Origin: Camelus dromedarius
Taxonomy: Eukaryota
Assembly: GCF_036321535.1 (NCBI RefSeq)
Contig: NC_087437.1
Coordinates: forward strand, 6,820,001-6,884,000
Direction: 5' to 3'
DNA length: 64,000 bases
Positions 50,431 through 63,726 of the stretch are shown here, one piece after another (positions within the stretch are counted from its first letter, which is position 1; every line of letters starts with the position of its first letter). The notes beneath the pieces were generated by a model. The model was given only the letters and a program-made list of their open reading frames with translations, ran no database searches and was not told where the DNA came from. Both the position numbers and the translations under genes were made by a program.

Positions 50431-51175
50431 GGCTGTGGGGAAAGGGGAACCCTCCTACACTGCTGGTGGGAATGCAGTTTGGTGCAGCCACTATGGAAAA
50501 CAATGTGGAGATTCCTCAAAAGACTAGAAATGGACTCACCGTATGACCCAGGAATCCCACTCCTGGGCATATATCCAGAAGGAACCCTACTTCAGGATGA
50601 CACCTGCACCCCACTGTTCATAGCAGCACTATTTACAATAGCCAAAACATGGAAACAGCCTAAATGTCCATCAACAGATGACTGGTTAAAGAAGTGGTAT
50701 ATTTATACACTGGAATACTACTCAGCCATAAAAACTGACAACATAATGCCATTTGCAGCAACATGGATGCTCCTGGAGAATGTCATTCTAAGTGAAGTAA
50801 GCCAGAAAGAGAAAGAAAAATACCATATGAGATCGCTCATGTGTGGAATCTAAAAAACAAAAACAAAAACAAACAAACGAAGCATAAATACAAAACAAAA
50901 ATAGACTCATAGGCATAGAATACAAACTTGTGGTTGCAAAGGGGGTGGGGGGTGCGAAGGGATAGACGGGATTTCAAAATTGTAGAATAGATAAATCAGA
51001 TTATACTGTATAGCACAGGGAAATATACACTAGATCTTATGGTAGCTCACAGAGAAAACAATGTGACAATGAATATATACATGTTCATGTATAACTGAAA
51101 AATTGTGCTCTACACTGCAATTTGACACAACATTATAAAATGATTATAAATCAATAAAAAATGTTTAAAAAAAAA
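50431..51175 (+). mobile_element. Young 5'-truncated camelid L1
   Basis: 16-bp TSD aagatctctccagaga/aagacctctccagaga (50415-50430, 51176-51191); TT/AAGA target site; A-tail. Confidence 0.95.
50479..50853 (+). pseudogene. L1 ORF2p C-terminal remnant (124 codons open); not a host gene
   Basis: [54 protein letters not shown] is the canonical ORF2p Cys-rich C-terminus. Confidence 0.92.
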
Positions 51176-51249
51176 AAGACCTCTCCAGAGACCACAGGTT
51201 CAGAGATTTAAACCCCAAGGTCCCAAACTGATGGCTGCCAGGCAATTGT

Positions 51250-51680
51250 AACCACCAGGGTTTCCTTAGAACAAGAGAACAGCCATCAGCTCTTTCCAAA
51301 GAGGGCAATCTGCCTCAGGAAATATCTAGGAAGATGTTGTAAGAACAAAAGGGAAAAGCGGAGACGGTGAGTGTGCCCAGGACTTAATAACCACAGCAGG
51401 AAGCTGTCCTCATCTCTAGGGCTGGAAGGACCAAAGGAAGACGTCGTGTAACCAGATCCGGGTGCTCAGGCTTCCATCCAGAGGGGACAGGCAGCTGCTG
51501 TGGGAGACACAGTCCAGAGCAGAGAAACAGGAGGAGAAATACACCTGCTTTTCTCTCCTTCCAATCCAATTTCTTTCCACGACCTCCCATTGCTAGAGTC
51601 TAACTGAAGGCCAGTTAGTTGTCAAGGGGACTGGGACACACACATTCCAGTCCTTTGTGACACAGAGCAGAGCTGGGACA
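51250..51680 (-). mobile_element. Old LTR (LTR67B/LTR78/79-like)
   Basis: ggagaaatacacctgcttttctctcc...acctcccattg...ctaactgaaggccag...caagggga. Confidence 0.55.
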
Positions 51681-52364
51681 GTCCCAGGACTGCCACAGCC
51701 TCCTAAGGAAAAGTTTGGAACTGGAGCAGAATTATGTCTGAAACTCCTTCTGCTTGTTCTTCTGCCTATAAGTTATCTAAAGGAACTTGAGAGAGGGGAC
51801 CGTTCTGTGAGGCAAACATCGTAGGAGAGGCTGTCCTGATAACACACATGTAATACATCCTCTGACGTCATCAGCTTATGATTTTTTTAAAATTATTTAT
51901 TCGCCTTGCCTGATGATCTATTTATTTTTTTCTTCTATATATGGAGCCCAAGTCTTATAGCAATTATTATTAGCACACGTTTATTCCATCCACTGGCAAG
52001 TTTCCGGGATGCCTTCAACGCCATCCCCATTATTCTAATCATGTAATGTCTAGCAATAACATCACATTAAAATTTCAAAGAATTCTTCTCTGTTCCCTGA
52101 CAAAATAAAATCTTGACTTGTTTACAGATGACAATTCCTATTTTTAGTCACAAAGTGGGGCAGATTATAAGGGAGCTTTCTGGTCAATCGTGCTGAAGGT
52201 AGCAAAAAAAGAAAGTACGGTAAACAATGTTTCGTGGAAATGCCGAGTGATGGATGGCCAGTGACTAAGGTGGACCCAGAGCAAAAGAGGAGAGCGTGGA
52301 GGACAGAGTGGAAAGGAGCGGCAGGTGGTGAAGCGGGTGGTAGAGGCCCCGGAAGTCATCCCAC

Positions 52365-53050
52365 AAAGATTTAACAGGCACCTACTACGTTCCAGGCACT
52401 GATCCAGCTGCTGGCAATAGAGGGAAACGCAAGAGAGACATACTCTGTGCTTCCATGGAGGTTATATTCTGGTGGGAAAGGAAAACAAAAGTAGTTTAAA
52501 ATCTATCACCATTTCCGGTAGTGGTGTTATAAAGGAGGAGACAGTAATTGCTGAGTGGTCAGGAAACTCTTCTGTGAGATGGTCACTTGGGTAATGACAC
52601 CTGAATGAGGACCTCAGGAACAAGCATTTCAGGCAGGACAAGGTCCCAGAAGCCACAGCAAATGTGGCATTTCTGAGGACTCACAAGATGGCCCAGGGGC
52701 TAGAACACAGTAAGGGAGAGAAACAGAGATGAGATAGGTTGGCTCTTGTAGCAGCTGCACTTTATTAAACCCACAAATTAGGGGGGGAACCGTTATACCG
52801 GGATGACTGTTAAATAACTCTGGGATTTTAAAGAAGAATCCTGTTACGTGTGGCACCGTGTTAGGTGCTCAAAGTGCACAAAGATGAATAAGGCACAGCT
52901 CCTGGCTTTCCGGATGCCCAGCTCGAGAGGGAGAGACCAGAATCAGAAATGTACACACACAAAGTGCAACGGTTGTACAGAAGCAAAACACTCAAATAAG
53001 GCGGCAAACCATTAAAGAAGACATTATTTCCATAAAGAAATTTAAGACGG
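52365..53050 (-). mobile_element. L2 3'-end fragments (two)
   Basis: gcacctactacgttccaggcactg...ccatggaggttatattctggtggg; ggcaccgtgttaggtgct...gatgaataaggcacag. Confidence 0.75.
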
Positions 53051-53392
53051 GCTGTGATGCTTTCGATGTGAAACAAAACAGTTCAACTTCGGGCCAATGT
53101 GACAAAGGGCCATTGCATGACTTCTGGCATCAGCCAAACCAGAAATTGGATCATGCACAGGGTTTTGGAGTTAGGAGGGACAGTAGCTGTCACCAAGTTC
53201 AAATCCTTCATTTTTCTAAGAGGAAATAAGAGAGGGTAAATGACCAGCTCAGGGTCAGGAAACTGACACCTGCCTGGGAATCTTTCTGGAATATATATTG
53301 CTTCTTTTCTGCATATAACAACAAAATGGTCATAGGTCATAGCTTTAGCCAATGCTCCACACATTCTGAAACCCAAGTTAAAAATATGGCTT

Positions 53393-53580
53393 TAGATAAA
53401 CACTGCTGTATATAAAATAGATAAACAACAAGTTTCTACTGTACAGCACAGGGAACTACATTGAATATCTTGTAGTAACCTATAATGAAAAAGAATACGA
53501 AAACATGTATGCGTATGTGTGACTGAAACGTGATGTTGTACACCAGAAACTGACACAACACTGACTGTACTTCAGCTAAA
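53393..53580 (+). mobile_element. Short camelid L1 3' end
   Basis: tatataaaatagataaacaacaagtttctactgtacagcacagggaac...tacaccagaaactgacacaac; TSD-like aaaaatatggctt/aaaaatatagttt. Confidence 0.88.
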
Positions 53581-53603
53581 AAATATAGTTTGGCTGATTT
53601 CAC

Positions 53604-53630
53604 TCATTCATTCATTCATTCATTCATTCA
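53604..53630. repeat. (TTCA)n, probably a reverse L2 tail
   Basis: tcattcattcattcattcattcattca followed by acagatactgattga. Confidence 0.85.
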
Positions 53631-56289
53631 ACAGATACTGATTGAAAACATGCCTAACATATGTCACTGAGTACCTGCCAGATGCTAGGTGTCTATGTGC
53701 TGTTGAACATTTGATGCTAATCAATCAGTGCACTCCTGCCCAGTCAATCCAAAAACCAAGTTAAAAAACATACAGTTCTTACTTCCCTTTCACCAAACGT
53801 AATGGAAAGTAAGAAGTCATTATGGGTAGAACCATAATTTTCCCAAAGCACGACAGTAACGCTGGGCTTCCTGTCTATAAACAGGTCGGTCCACTCACTG
53901 AGGACCCCACTGCACTTCTTGAAGTCACAATTACTAAGTAACCGTCCACCAACAGCTGCTGTTGGAATTGCGTGAGCTCGAAGAGTAAACTTCGTCCCAG
54001 GGCATTTAGAGATGTGTCTGGGGGGTGACGAATAGCCTATGTGGAGAGTAACTGCTCAGCTGCTCAGGATTCTTAGCAGGTCTCTGAATTCTGTCTAAAA
54101 ATTTTGGCAGCAACATCTGCCTCATTGTCAGGGCACACTGAGAAGGCTTTAATCTTCACCCAGAACAGGTAGGCTCCTGGCTTTCAAGGGCTTGAATAAA
54201 GATCCTCTACCCAGCAATTGATGTAGACTGCATTTCAGCTTCTGAAAGATACTGAAAACTGCTGGAAATTTCAATTCTAGCTTCAGGAAGATTGGTATTT
54301 GTTAAGGAAATCACTCACTGGGAGTCAAGAGGCAGGTTCTAACGTCATCTGTGCTACGAACAAGTCCACGGCTCTGAGTGTCCTCCTCCCCATCCTGTGT
54401 GCTCTCTACTATGGTTCAGGGGCCACCAATGGACCATAGGAGGATGGTCTTCTGACTCCTGAACATATCTGTATTTTCTAACCCCAGTGCCTTTGCTTGT
54501 GCTATTTCCTCTGTCTAGAATCTCATTCCCTTGTTTCTGTGCCTAAAACAAAACAAAAAGAAAACACTCCCGGCTCCCCCTTAAAGCTCAAAATTTACTT
54601 CCAACTTTCATCAGGAAAAATAATCCCCTCTGCCCAAGTAGTCTACAACTTTATTACCCAAAAGATCTTACTATGTGTCATATGCTTTATACTCATTTAT
54701 CTAACTTATTGCTCACAACTACTTTCCCTCATTTATAGAAGAGAGAAATGAGAGCCAAGGTCAAGTTGCCAGCAAGTAGAAGAGCTGAATTTCAAGGCTT
54801 AAACCTTTAGCTTAACTAGTTTATTTTCTAGCTGTCTGGCCTCTAACAGCCGAACATATCAGAACGAGTTCTGTAGCTCTCACCTCAGACTATGGAATGT
54901 CAGTCTTTGAATGGAAAGACCAAAAGCAAATAGAAGCAGGGCTTGAGGGAAAAGATCAGCTCATCCTATAAACTTGAGATGATGGCCTACCATGTTGATG
55001 GCAAACTTGAGATCTGTTACAATGAAATAGTGATTCATTAGGCAGGTTTGAAACGAGAAAGCACTATTTGTTACAGGCACAGATATTTTTGATATTTCTG
55101 ACCCCTCATTTGTCTATCTCCAGTCCATAGACAACGTGTGGTATTACGCATCATTTTGCAACAGGTCTGTGAGCAATTCTCTCCTGTTTCTCTAGAATTA
55201 TTCATGTGTTCATTTATCCAGTTATGATCAGGGAGCATCTGTTGTGTTCAAGGTAGTATAGAGGATTCCTAGAGGTATAAAGTAAGATCCATGCCCTCAA
55301 AACACTCACAAATGAGGTAAGACACACACAGACAACTATAATGGAATTTTGTATAACTTTTCAATTTGGGGGGAAATATTATTTACATCTCATTAATCCA
55401 GATTCATACTTTTAGGCCATCCTCAGTTTGCAATACGTTTCCACTCTCATGCCCAAGAGGAAATAAGTTGAAAGTGGAGGAAAGGGAGAGGGCAGACAAA
55501 GCACAGAAGGGATGCTAACGCATATGAACGAGAAACAAGCATAATGCACCATGATCGTTCTGAACAACATCTCAAAAACCCATTTTCACTATTGCTGCAA
55601 ATGACAAATTTCAAGGCAGAATAGTTATAGTCAGACGGTGTACCATCCAAAACACAGCCCCAAACAGTAACAATAAAAATACATCATGTTTCTCCCACCA
55701 CAGACATAGAGGACTCCAACTTACCGATGGCTGAGGTCATCAATGTCTCGCTGGTGGAGATGCTTCCATTTTTCTAGCTCTCACCCTCATTCCTTTAGGC
55801 AAATTAGCAGAGCTCCATCAAAAGGCATTCTTAATTCATAAGCAGATAATACTTGGAGCTGGCAAGTCTCAGAGCTGTGTGTGGTGTTGGCATCCCTTCC
55901 TCAATCAACACACGGGCAACTGCACTATAGCCAAATCCCCTGTTAAGTCCTTCACCACACTGTTTATGTCTCCTGTAAGGCCTCCAGAATGTATTCTGTG
56001 CATCTCCTCTTTGTCGGCCCAGAACTGGAAGCCCAGCTATATTGATCAGGACAAATGGTAGTTTGCTTATGGGATATTTCTTCTCATGGTCCATTGGCTT
56101 ATTTATCCCTTACAACTTTTGTCCCAGTGTCACTATGTAGAGGCATTTGATGAGCCAGTTGTCACTTCTGCACTAACGGTTACAGAGCAGGTGTAAAGAT
56201 TACACCTTTGTGCTTTTTTAAAAAGGAATTTGAAGGTAAAGAAAGGTCGTTTCCTGCAGGCTTCTTCATGATTCATCTCTTGGTTGCAA

Positions 56290-56341
56290 ATGACATTATA
56301 GATGGTATTATAGACGACATTATAGATGACAATGTAGATGA
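56290..56341. repeat. 12-bp minisatellite, about 4.3 copies
   Basis: atgacattatag atggtattatag acgacattatag atgacaatgtag atga. Confidence 0.9.
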
Positions 56342-57982
56342 ATTCCTACTAAAATGATCTGCCAGACCATAAGGGCCTTGGGAGAAGAAACCATATTTTA
56401 CTCACTGTTGAGCTCTTTGCAACTCACAGGAAGCTTCCAGAATGGGTGTTTGGTGCATTTGTGTTGACTCCAACTGAACTTTAAAAATTGTGGTTTATTT
56501 TGTTTAGGCTGCAGATGGAAATCTGCTGATAACGTTACTCAAGTTTAGGGGGGGAAATTCTTGGATTGTAAGGAACCCAGGGAGCAAGACAAACAGTATG
56601 TGGAATGGTTGGGCGGGGTTTGCCTTGAGATCCCAAATCCATGGGAAATGTTTAATCAGCCTCTTCCGCTTTGCATTTGTGCTAAGGATTCCATCCAATA
56701 CAAACACTTACCTACCCAGTTGACACTTGGATAAAAGGACAAGCAAAAGTGACCATGTATATTTTTCAAAAACATAGTGGAAAATGGTGGTATCTCTTTC
56801 ACGTGATTTAGAGCAGAGCATTTCACCTTTGAACACACTCCTTTCCATTGTCTTACAATTTAAATGCTGCTTAAAGGGAACTTGTTTTGTTAAACATATG
56901 ATAACTGCAGCAAGAGAGGGCGGTGGTGCAGAGCGGAGAAGGGGTGATGTCCTGCCGTTCCTTTTTGTATTCGCTTTCTCAGCCAGAGGAGTAAGTTTTC
57001 CCTTGAGGCCCCCTTCAGCATCATTTTTCAGCGGTGAAAACTCCATCAACTGACAGCAGCCGCTCCAATGGAAGAAAGAGAATCTGCCACTTTAAATTTT
57101 CAGCAGGCAACTGGCATTTTATTATTTACGTATTTCATGTCATTATGTTGGATAATATAACAAATGATGCAATCAGATCCACGGGAAATTTAAAGTGGTG
57201 TACACCTGTTCTCACCTGGGAGAGGAGCCATCGCTCACACACAACTTCCCCAGCTGAAAGCCAGCAGCACACAAAGCCTTTGCACAGAGCCGTGCTCCCA
57301 GACTGACAAACAGACCAAGCTGGGGAACACAAGACAAGTTCCTTTAACCTTCTTTGATCATCTTCAGACTTGGTTTTTGTTTTTTGTTTTTTTAATAAAA
57401 TGGCCTTTCTTCTTATTGACAAAAAAAAAAAAAAAAAAAAAAATCGGTAGCAAAATTGGTTCCCTGAACTACCATTGAAGCAGGAAAGTAAAAACCAAAT
57501 TTGAATCAGAACTGCTTTTCTGAGCTCCTGGCTGCGTGTGGCTGTGAACCCCGGAGATCAGGACCTATTGATCAGTACGCTCTTACTGCTGTTTGGAAGC
57601 TGCATGCACAGGAAACGAGATGGTGTCTTCTGCTTTGACTGAGCCAGGAAAATACATTTCTCATAAGAAATTCATCATGGGGCATGCAGAAGACCGCGTC
57701 CCACCCCCTCGCCCCTTTTGAACATCCTTGAGAAATTCCGAATTATTCAAGAAGAAAAACAGTGACAATTCTCTAGCCAGTCTGGTGTATAGCCGCTCTT
57801 TGTCAGCTGGGCTGAGATAGTGTCAGGATGAGGTGGGTACAGGAACACTGAACACCCCCAGTTCACAGCCAGGCGCCTGTTACCAGGCCAGGAGGACAGC
57901 ATTCAAGCAAAATCTTTGTTTTTCTTGTAGGGCTTTTGTCCCAGATCCTCATGGAGCCTCCCGCTTAGCCAAGCTTACCTAG

Positions 57983-58387
57983 GAGGGTTGCCAGATAAAA
58001 TATAGGGCACCCAGTTAAATTTGAATTTTAGATAAATAGATCATCTTTTAGGGTAAGTATGTCCCAAAGATTGCATACTAGGAATGTAAAGTATAATCCA
58101 TAACCCCACCAAAACAGCTAATCGTGTGAGAAAAGACATGTAGACACACAATATAATGAAATATTAACTATATACCACAATAACATACAAAGTATTATAT
58201 ATATTAAATATCATATACTAAAATAATGCATGCAATATACTATGTAAGTCCGAAGTATTGAATAGACCATATTTATACTAAAAATATTGATTGCTTATCC
58301 AAAATTTAAATTTACCTGTGCACTGGGTTTTTCTGTTTGTTGGTTTGGTTTGGTTTGGTTTGGTTTTTGCTAAACCCGGCAACCCTT
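57983..58387. mobile_element. MER53 palindromic hAT MITE with central expansion
   Basis: TIRs agggttgccag...ccggcaaccct; cccagttaaatttgaattttagataaa mirrored by ttatccaaaatttaaatttacctg. Confidence 0.88.
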
Positions 58388-59194
58388 CTAAGAAGAAAAG
58401 GACTCCCAGCACCTGGGCTACGTGTAAGCCTGAGGCAAGTGCCCTGCTTGGACCCCTTCACCTGGACCAACACCCACATCCCAGTCACATACGTCATTAC
58501 ACAGCCCACTTGCCAGCAAAGGATACCACAAGTAAGCAAGTGGAGGAAACCTCTTCCCTAAAAGTTTACAGCACCGTGTCAAATCCTCTCAGTCCCAGCA
58601 TCCCCAGGAACATGGCCCAAGCCCCTCCATCATGTTAACCATGTAGAAGAAGGAAGGGAGACGAAGGGAGACTGGGCGGGGCCGGCCGGACTCAGGTTCT
58701 CTGAGCTCTGGGGCCTTTTATCTTTACTCCCAAATCTCCCCCACTAAGTGCTGCGGTCCCACACGTGACCTTAGACTTGGCGCGGCAGCATCAGCACCCC
58801 CCTCCCCAGGGAGGGAGAGATGGCAAGCTATTTCCGCTGAAGCACAGGGTAGCATGTTTCTGGGCCTCTGTCAGCTCTCACAAAACAATGGTATATGAGT
58901 TAAGCTGACGGGTTCACAAGAAGTTTATAGTACACGTGATGTTTTAAACTTTTATTTTCTACAATAAATACATGTGGAACAACAGAGCCCCGGAAGAAGT
59001 AAGGCTGAGTTCTCACTTTCCTATTGTTCCATCAGACACTTGTGATAGATCACGTCTTCTGAGCAGGTATCTAGCTGAGTATCAGAGCTGCTTCTGCCTC
59101 TCAGAGTGTTTTCGGTTCTTCATGACCATACTTATAAAAGGCTTCTTTTCGCTTGACAATGCCCACTTCAGTGGGTGTTAATTAATATCCTGAG

Positions 59195-59371
59195 CTGTGA
59201 CTTTCAAAGGTGTATATATCAGAGTCATCTGGAGGGCTTCTTAAAACACAGGGTGAATTTCTGATTCAGTAGTTCCAGCCCCGAGGTGGAGCTTGAGGAT
59301 TTGCATTTGTACTATGAGCCCAAGAGATGCTGTCACTGCTGGTCCAAGGACCACACTTTGAGAACCACCCG
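59195..59371 (-). mobile_element. MER5A hAT MITE
   Basis: atcagagtcatctggagggcttcttaaaacacag...ctgctggtccaaggaccacactttgagaaccac. Confidence 0.85.
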
Positions 59372-59475
59372 GCTATAGATTTACTCCATTATTGTCCTCT
59401 CATGGATGTAAGATACCAGCATCCTATTAAAGTGGCAATCAGTTACCTTCAAATCAGTTCTAGAAGACACACTCA

Positions 59476-59480
<5 letters not shown>

Positions 59481-59511
<31 letters not shown>
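59481..59511. repeat. (TG)n microsatellite
   Basis: About 15 perfect TG units. Confidence 0.98.
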
Positions 59512-59514
<3 letters not shown>

Positions 59515-59769
59515 CACGTATATATGTTATAATTTTATATATCAATTACTTTGAAGGACAATAAATCCATACCTAGCTAGTGTCATTAAATATAGAATGC
59601 TCTGGTTCTCACATATCTTTGCTCTTAGGGCCTTTTCCCTCTATCCCTGAGAGTACATTTCCTTTCCCACCACCACACCACTATGGATACTATATTAATC
59701 CTTAAAGGTAACACCTTTGAAAATAACTAACTTGCAGTTATAAACTATAAAATAAGGAAACTAATTAAA

Positions 59770-60330
59770 AATTGTTTTCCTTATTTTAATAAGTAATACA
59801 TATTTTAGCCTAAAATTTAAAAAGAAAACACCTTCAAAATAAAACATAGATGTTACCCCTAGTTCCACTGTCCAGAGGACCTCTGTGAATGTTACATTAT
59901 AGATCTTTCCTGGGTTTTTTTTTTGTTTTCCCTTTTTGGCTGTTTTATGAAATTGGAGCCACGTTGCATATACTGTTCTGTAATTCTTTTTGCCAAATGA
60001 TAAACTGTGGGCATTTCCCTCTGCCATTAAATGTACTTCAACAAGGTAATTTCTAAAGACTACAAAGTGTTCTTTCTCAGACATATGACATAATTTATTG
60101 TGTTTGTCCCTATTGCTCGGCATTCAAAGTATTTCCTTTTTTTTTTTTTTCACTAATATAAATAATGCCAAGAGAAATTTCCAGGCTAAAATGCCATCCT
60201 GGCTGGTCACCACAATAAAACTTCATCTAATTTTCAAGGAAAATAACTGTAAAGGGCAGAGAACAACAAAAACTCACCAGAATTCTGTGATTCACAAACA
60301 ATTTAATGCAAGAACCTGAAAGGAGTCAAT
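59770..60330 (-). mobile_element. Old L1ME 3' fragment
   Basis: catatactgttctgtaattc...gtttgtccctattgctcggcattcaaag...ctaatataaataatgc. Confidence 0.55.
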
Positions 60331-61789
60331 GCTATTTTAAGACAAAAAGCTGAGCAAACAAAACACTCTTTAAATTTCATCTCCTGAAATGCCTAATCTT
60401 CATCCCTATGAAACAGATACCACTTGGGGGCAAAAAAAAAAAAAAAAAAAAAAAGATATGATACTGTACATTCTCCCACTGTTTGTCCCCTACTCAGAAT
60501 CCAAGATCTTCACCCAGCAGAAACTTAGAAGCTATTCTTTGCACTAGCCCTGTTGCTTCTTAACAATGTGCGTCCTTCTTTTCAATACCACATTATTCTT
60601 CACCACTACAGAGACAGCTATGCCCAGAACGAAAAGGGATAGAACAAATGGGATGCTGGTGGTAACGCCTCCCATCCTAAGGGATGTTGCAGTTCCCAAA
60701 GCAAACTCTGTAAGTCAGGAGCACAGAGGTAAGGAGGGTGCTGAGAGACGTGCATCAAAGAGTAGACAGATTCCAAGCATTCTGCATGTTGACAGCGTCA
60801 TAAAGCCAAACATTAGCATTAGTAGCTGACATCTCAATAAAGCAGAGCTGCAATAGATGAGTACTTTCTAGAAGTTAGGTGTTGAACTTGGAGTAAACGC
60901 ATCAAGTTGCCCTTTAGTTGTCATGATAAGTTTTTTTTTAAAAAAAGTCACCATCGCGCAAGTGGACAGAAGCAAGGGAAGCCACATGTGGATCTATGCT
61001 AAGCTTATAACAAAAGTGAAAAGCAACACCAGTCAGCCTATGAGAAAATGCAAAGTGCACAATTCTGATGAGGAGTGTAACTATGAAAATGATCAACTGC
61101 TAGTTCAGAAAAAAAAATTCATAAAACTCTTTGGCATCTTTGACTGATAAAAGGAAAAATTACTTCAATGAAGAGGAGCTGAAATGTGTATGGTGAGAAT
61201 AACCCAGGAAGAAAGCCAACAAGTTGTCATGAAAAGCCAACAGCAAGAACTAAAAATAGAGGTGGATGGTATGCCGGACTGTAGAGAAATTAAAAGTTGA
61301 ACGGGCTATTGGAGGCCTAAGGAGAAGAACTGATGTCAACCACAAACTGGGGATCCTTTACCAAATTACAAAGGAAAAGCAGACAGATGAACACAGACAT
61401 CAAAGTTGCCAGATACAAAGAGGATAGAAAGCTGAAATAAATACTGTAGAATAATTAGAATTCGTGCAGAAAAGCTAGAGCAAATGCAACTGAAGAAAAT
61501 ACCAAAGAAATGATTGAAAACAACTTTACAAACAAAATAAAAATTAGGAAGTATAGGCTGATAATTTGCAGGGGAAAATTCAGTGAAATCATACCCTCAA
61601 ATGGCTTATTCTGTGCGATGATTTAAAAAAAAAAGAAAGCCCTCTCATTCTCTTGTAGTTAAAGTACATGAGTCCAAGTCTAAAAGGTTAGTACTTTTCT
61701 GTGCAGATTTGTGCACATGGGAGAGGGTGTCCGCTTTGTCTGGTGATTGTTATTTAGGGAGCTGGACCACTATTGTATGTTGCTTGTCA

Positions 61790-62833
61790 TTGACTGTGCT
61801 CTCCAAAGATGCCTTGTGAAAATGTTATGCCCTGTGTCACAGCAGAGAAAAAGCTCTCTTCAAGAGGTGGATCTTAATTCCCTTTCCCTTCAGTGTGGAC
61901 CAGATTAAGTGACTTGCTTCCCTTTTTTTCTCTCTCTCTTTTATTAATATTATTATTTTTTTAATTGAAGTATACTCAGTTACAATGTATCATTTCTGGT
62001 GTACAACACAATGTCCCCGTGATGCATGTACATACATATATTCATTTTCATATCCTTTTTCATTAAAGGTTACTACAAGATATTGAATATAGTTTCCTGT
62101 GCTGTACGGAAGAAACTTGAGTTTTGGGGATTTTTTTAATCCATTTTTATATACAGTGGCTAAGATTTGCAGATCTCAAACTCCCAGATTTATCCCTTCC
62201 CACCCCTTTTCCCCCATAACCATAGATTGTTTGCTATGTCGGCAAGTCTGTTTCTGTTTTGTAGATGAATTCATTAGTGTCCTCTTTTTTTTTTTTTTAT
62301 TTCATATATGAGTGATATCGTATGGTATTATTCTTTCTCTTTCTGGCTTACTTCTAAGTGACTTGCTTCTAACAAACAAATAAAATAAAGTGGAAATGGC
62401 AGAGTATGACTTAGAGACTAGGACTTAAAAGGCACCAGAGCTTCCTGTTTTCTCTCTCTCTCCATGCCCCAGCCCCACCCTTCTCTCTCATCACTTGTTT
62501 TGGGGGAAGTCAGCTGCCACAGGCTGAACAGCCCTACAGAGAGGTACCTGTGGTTAGGAACGGATGCATCCTGATGACTCCCAGAAAGGAGCTGAGACTT
62601 CCAGTCACCAGCCAGCAGCCATGATCTGCTTGGATGCTCCAGCCCCAGGCAAGCCTTCAGATGCCTGCAGCCCCGGCTGGCAACTGGGCTGCGCGTCATC
62701 AGTGACACCAAGTCAAAAGCACCCAGCTAAGCCTCTGCTAGACTCTGACCCACAGCAATGGTAACAGATGTTTGTAGTTTTAAGCTACTAAATCGGGGTG
62801 GGTAATTTTTTATACAGCAATAGACAGCTAATG
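61790..62833 (+). mobile_element. MLT1F/G-type MaLR LTR split by an L1
   Basis: agtgacttgcttctaac...gggggaagtcagctgcca...aagccttcagatgcctgcagcccc...ttttaagctactaa...tatacagcaatagac. Confidence 0.85.
61921..62354 (-). mobile_element. Camelid L1 3' end
   Basis: Perfect 15-bp TSD taagtgacttgcttc (61906-61920 and 62355-62369); aattgaagtatactcagttacaatg...tttctctttctggcttacttc. Confidence 0.93.
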
Positions 62834-63431
62834 TGCTCTGTTACCATTTTTGAATTATGAACTTATATGTGAATGCAAAAATTATTATATATAATTTCAT
62901 ATATATAAGATACATGAAAAATAGTTATATGCTCATAATAAACAGGCACTCTACCTAAAAGTTACTTGAGAAAACAAAAATAAAAATAGCCTTAGACTTC
63001 TCTTCTACAGCACTATGTGGAAGATTGGTAAAGGAATATCAACTGAATTTGGAGAAAATATTCTGACTCGATGACTTGATTTTATCCAGAGCCAAGATAG
63101 TCTCCGATATCCAAGAGTTCTTAAAATATACCACCCATATGTCCTTCTTGGAAAAAAATTAGTGATATTTTCCAAAGAACTTAGTGAATAAACACAAAGC
63201 TGCAGGAAAGGGAGAGATGGATACAAAAGGGAGTAAGCACTGCCAGTTACCTGTATCAATAAATATGAAGCATGACAATGTTATTAATAAAATAATTATT
63301 GATAATTACTATTAATGAACTGATTATTAAATGGTTAAAATTGTCAAGAATTGTTTTCAAAACTGACGATACCCAGTAACTGAAAAAAAAGTATAATAAT
63401 GAGCTTCTAAAACTCCAGATTATAGTAAGAA

Positions 63432-63726
63432 TGGGGGGAAAGAGGATGGGAAGGGATAAATTGGGCTTGAGATTCGCAAATACAAGCTACTATACATAAA
63501 ATAGGTAAACAGCAGGTTTCTTGTCTAGCACAGGGAACTATATTCAATAGCTTATAGTAACCTGTAATGAAAAAGCATATGAAAAGGAATATGTGTATGT
63601 GTATGTATGACTGAAACATGATGCTGTGCACCAGAAATTGATGGAAAATTGGAAACTGATTACACTTCAATTAAAAAAAAAAAAGATATCTAAGAAAAAA
63701 AAAAAAAAAAGAAAAAAGAAAAAAAA
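63432..63726 (+). mobile_element. Camelid L1 3' end with long compound A-tail
   Basis: gggaagggataaattggg...tagcacagggaactatattcaatag...tacacttcaattaaaaaaaa. Confidence 0.9.

Noticed and set aside
56290..56341. CRISPR-like or coding repeat array
   Set aside because: Head-to-tail 12-bp units with no spacers, in eukaryotic DNA; a simple minisatellite.
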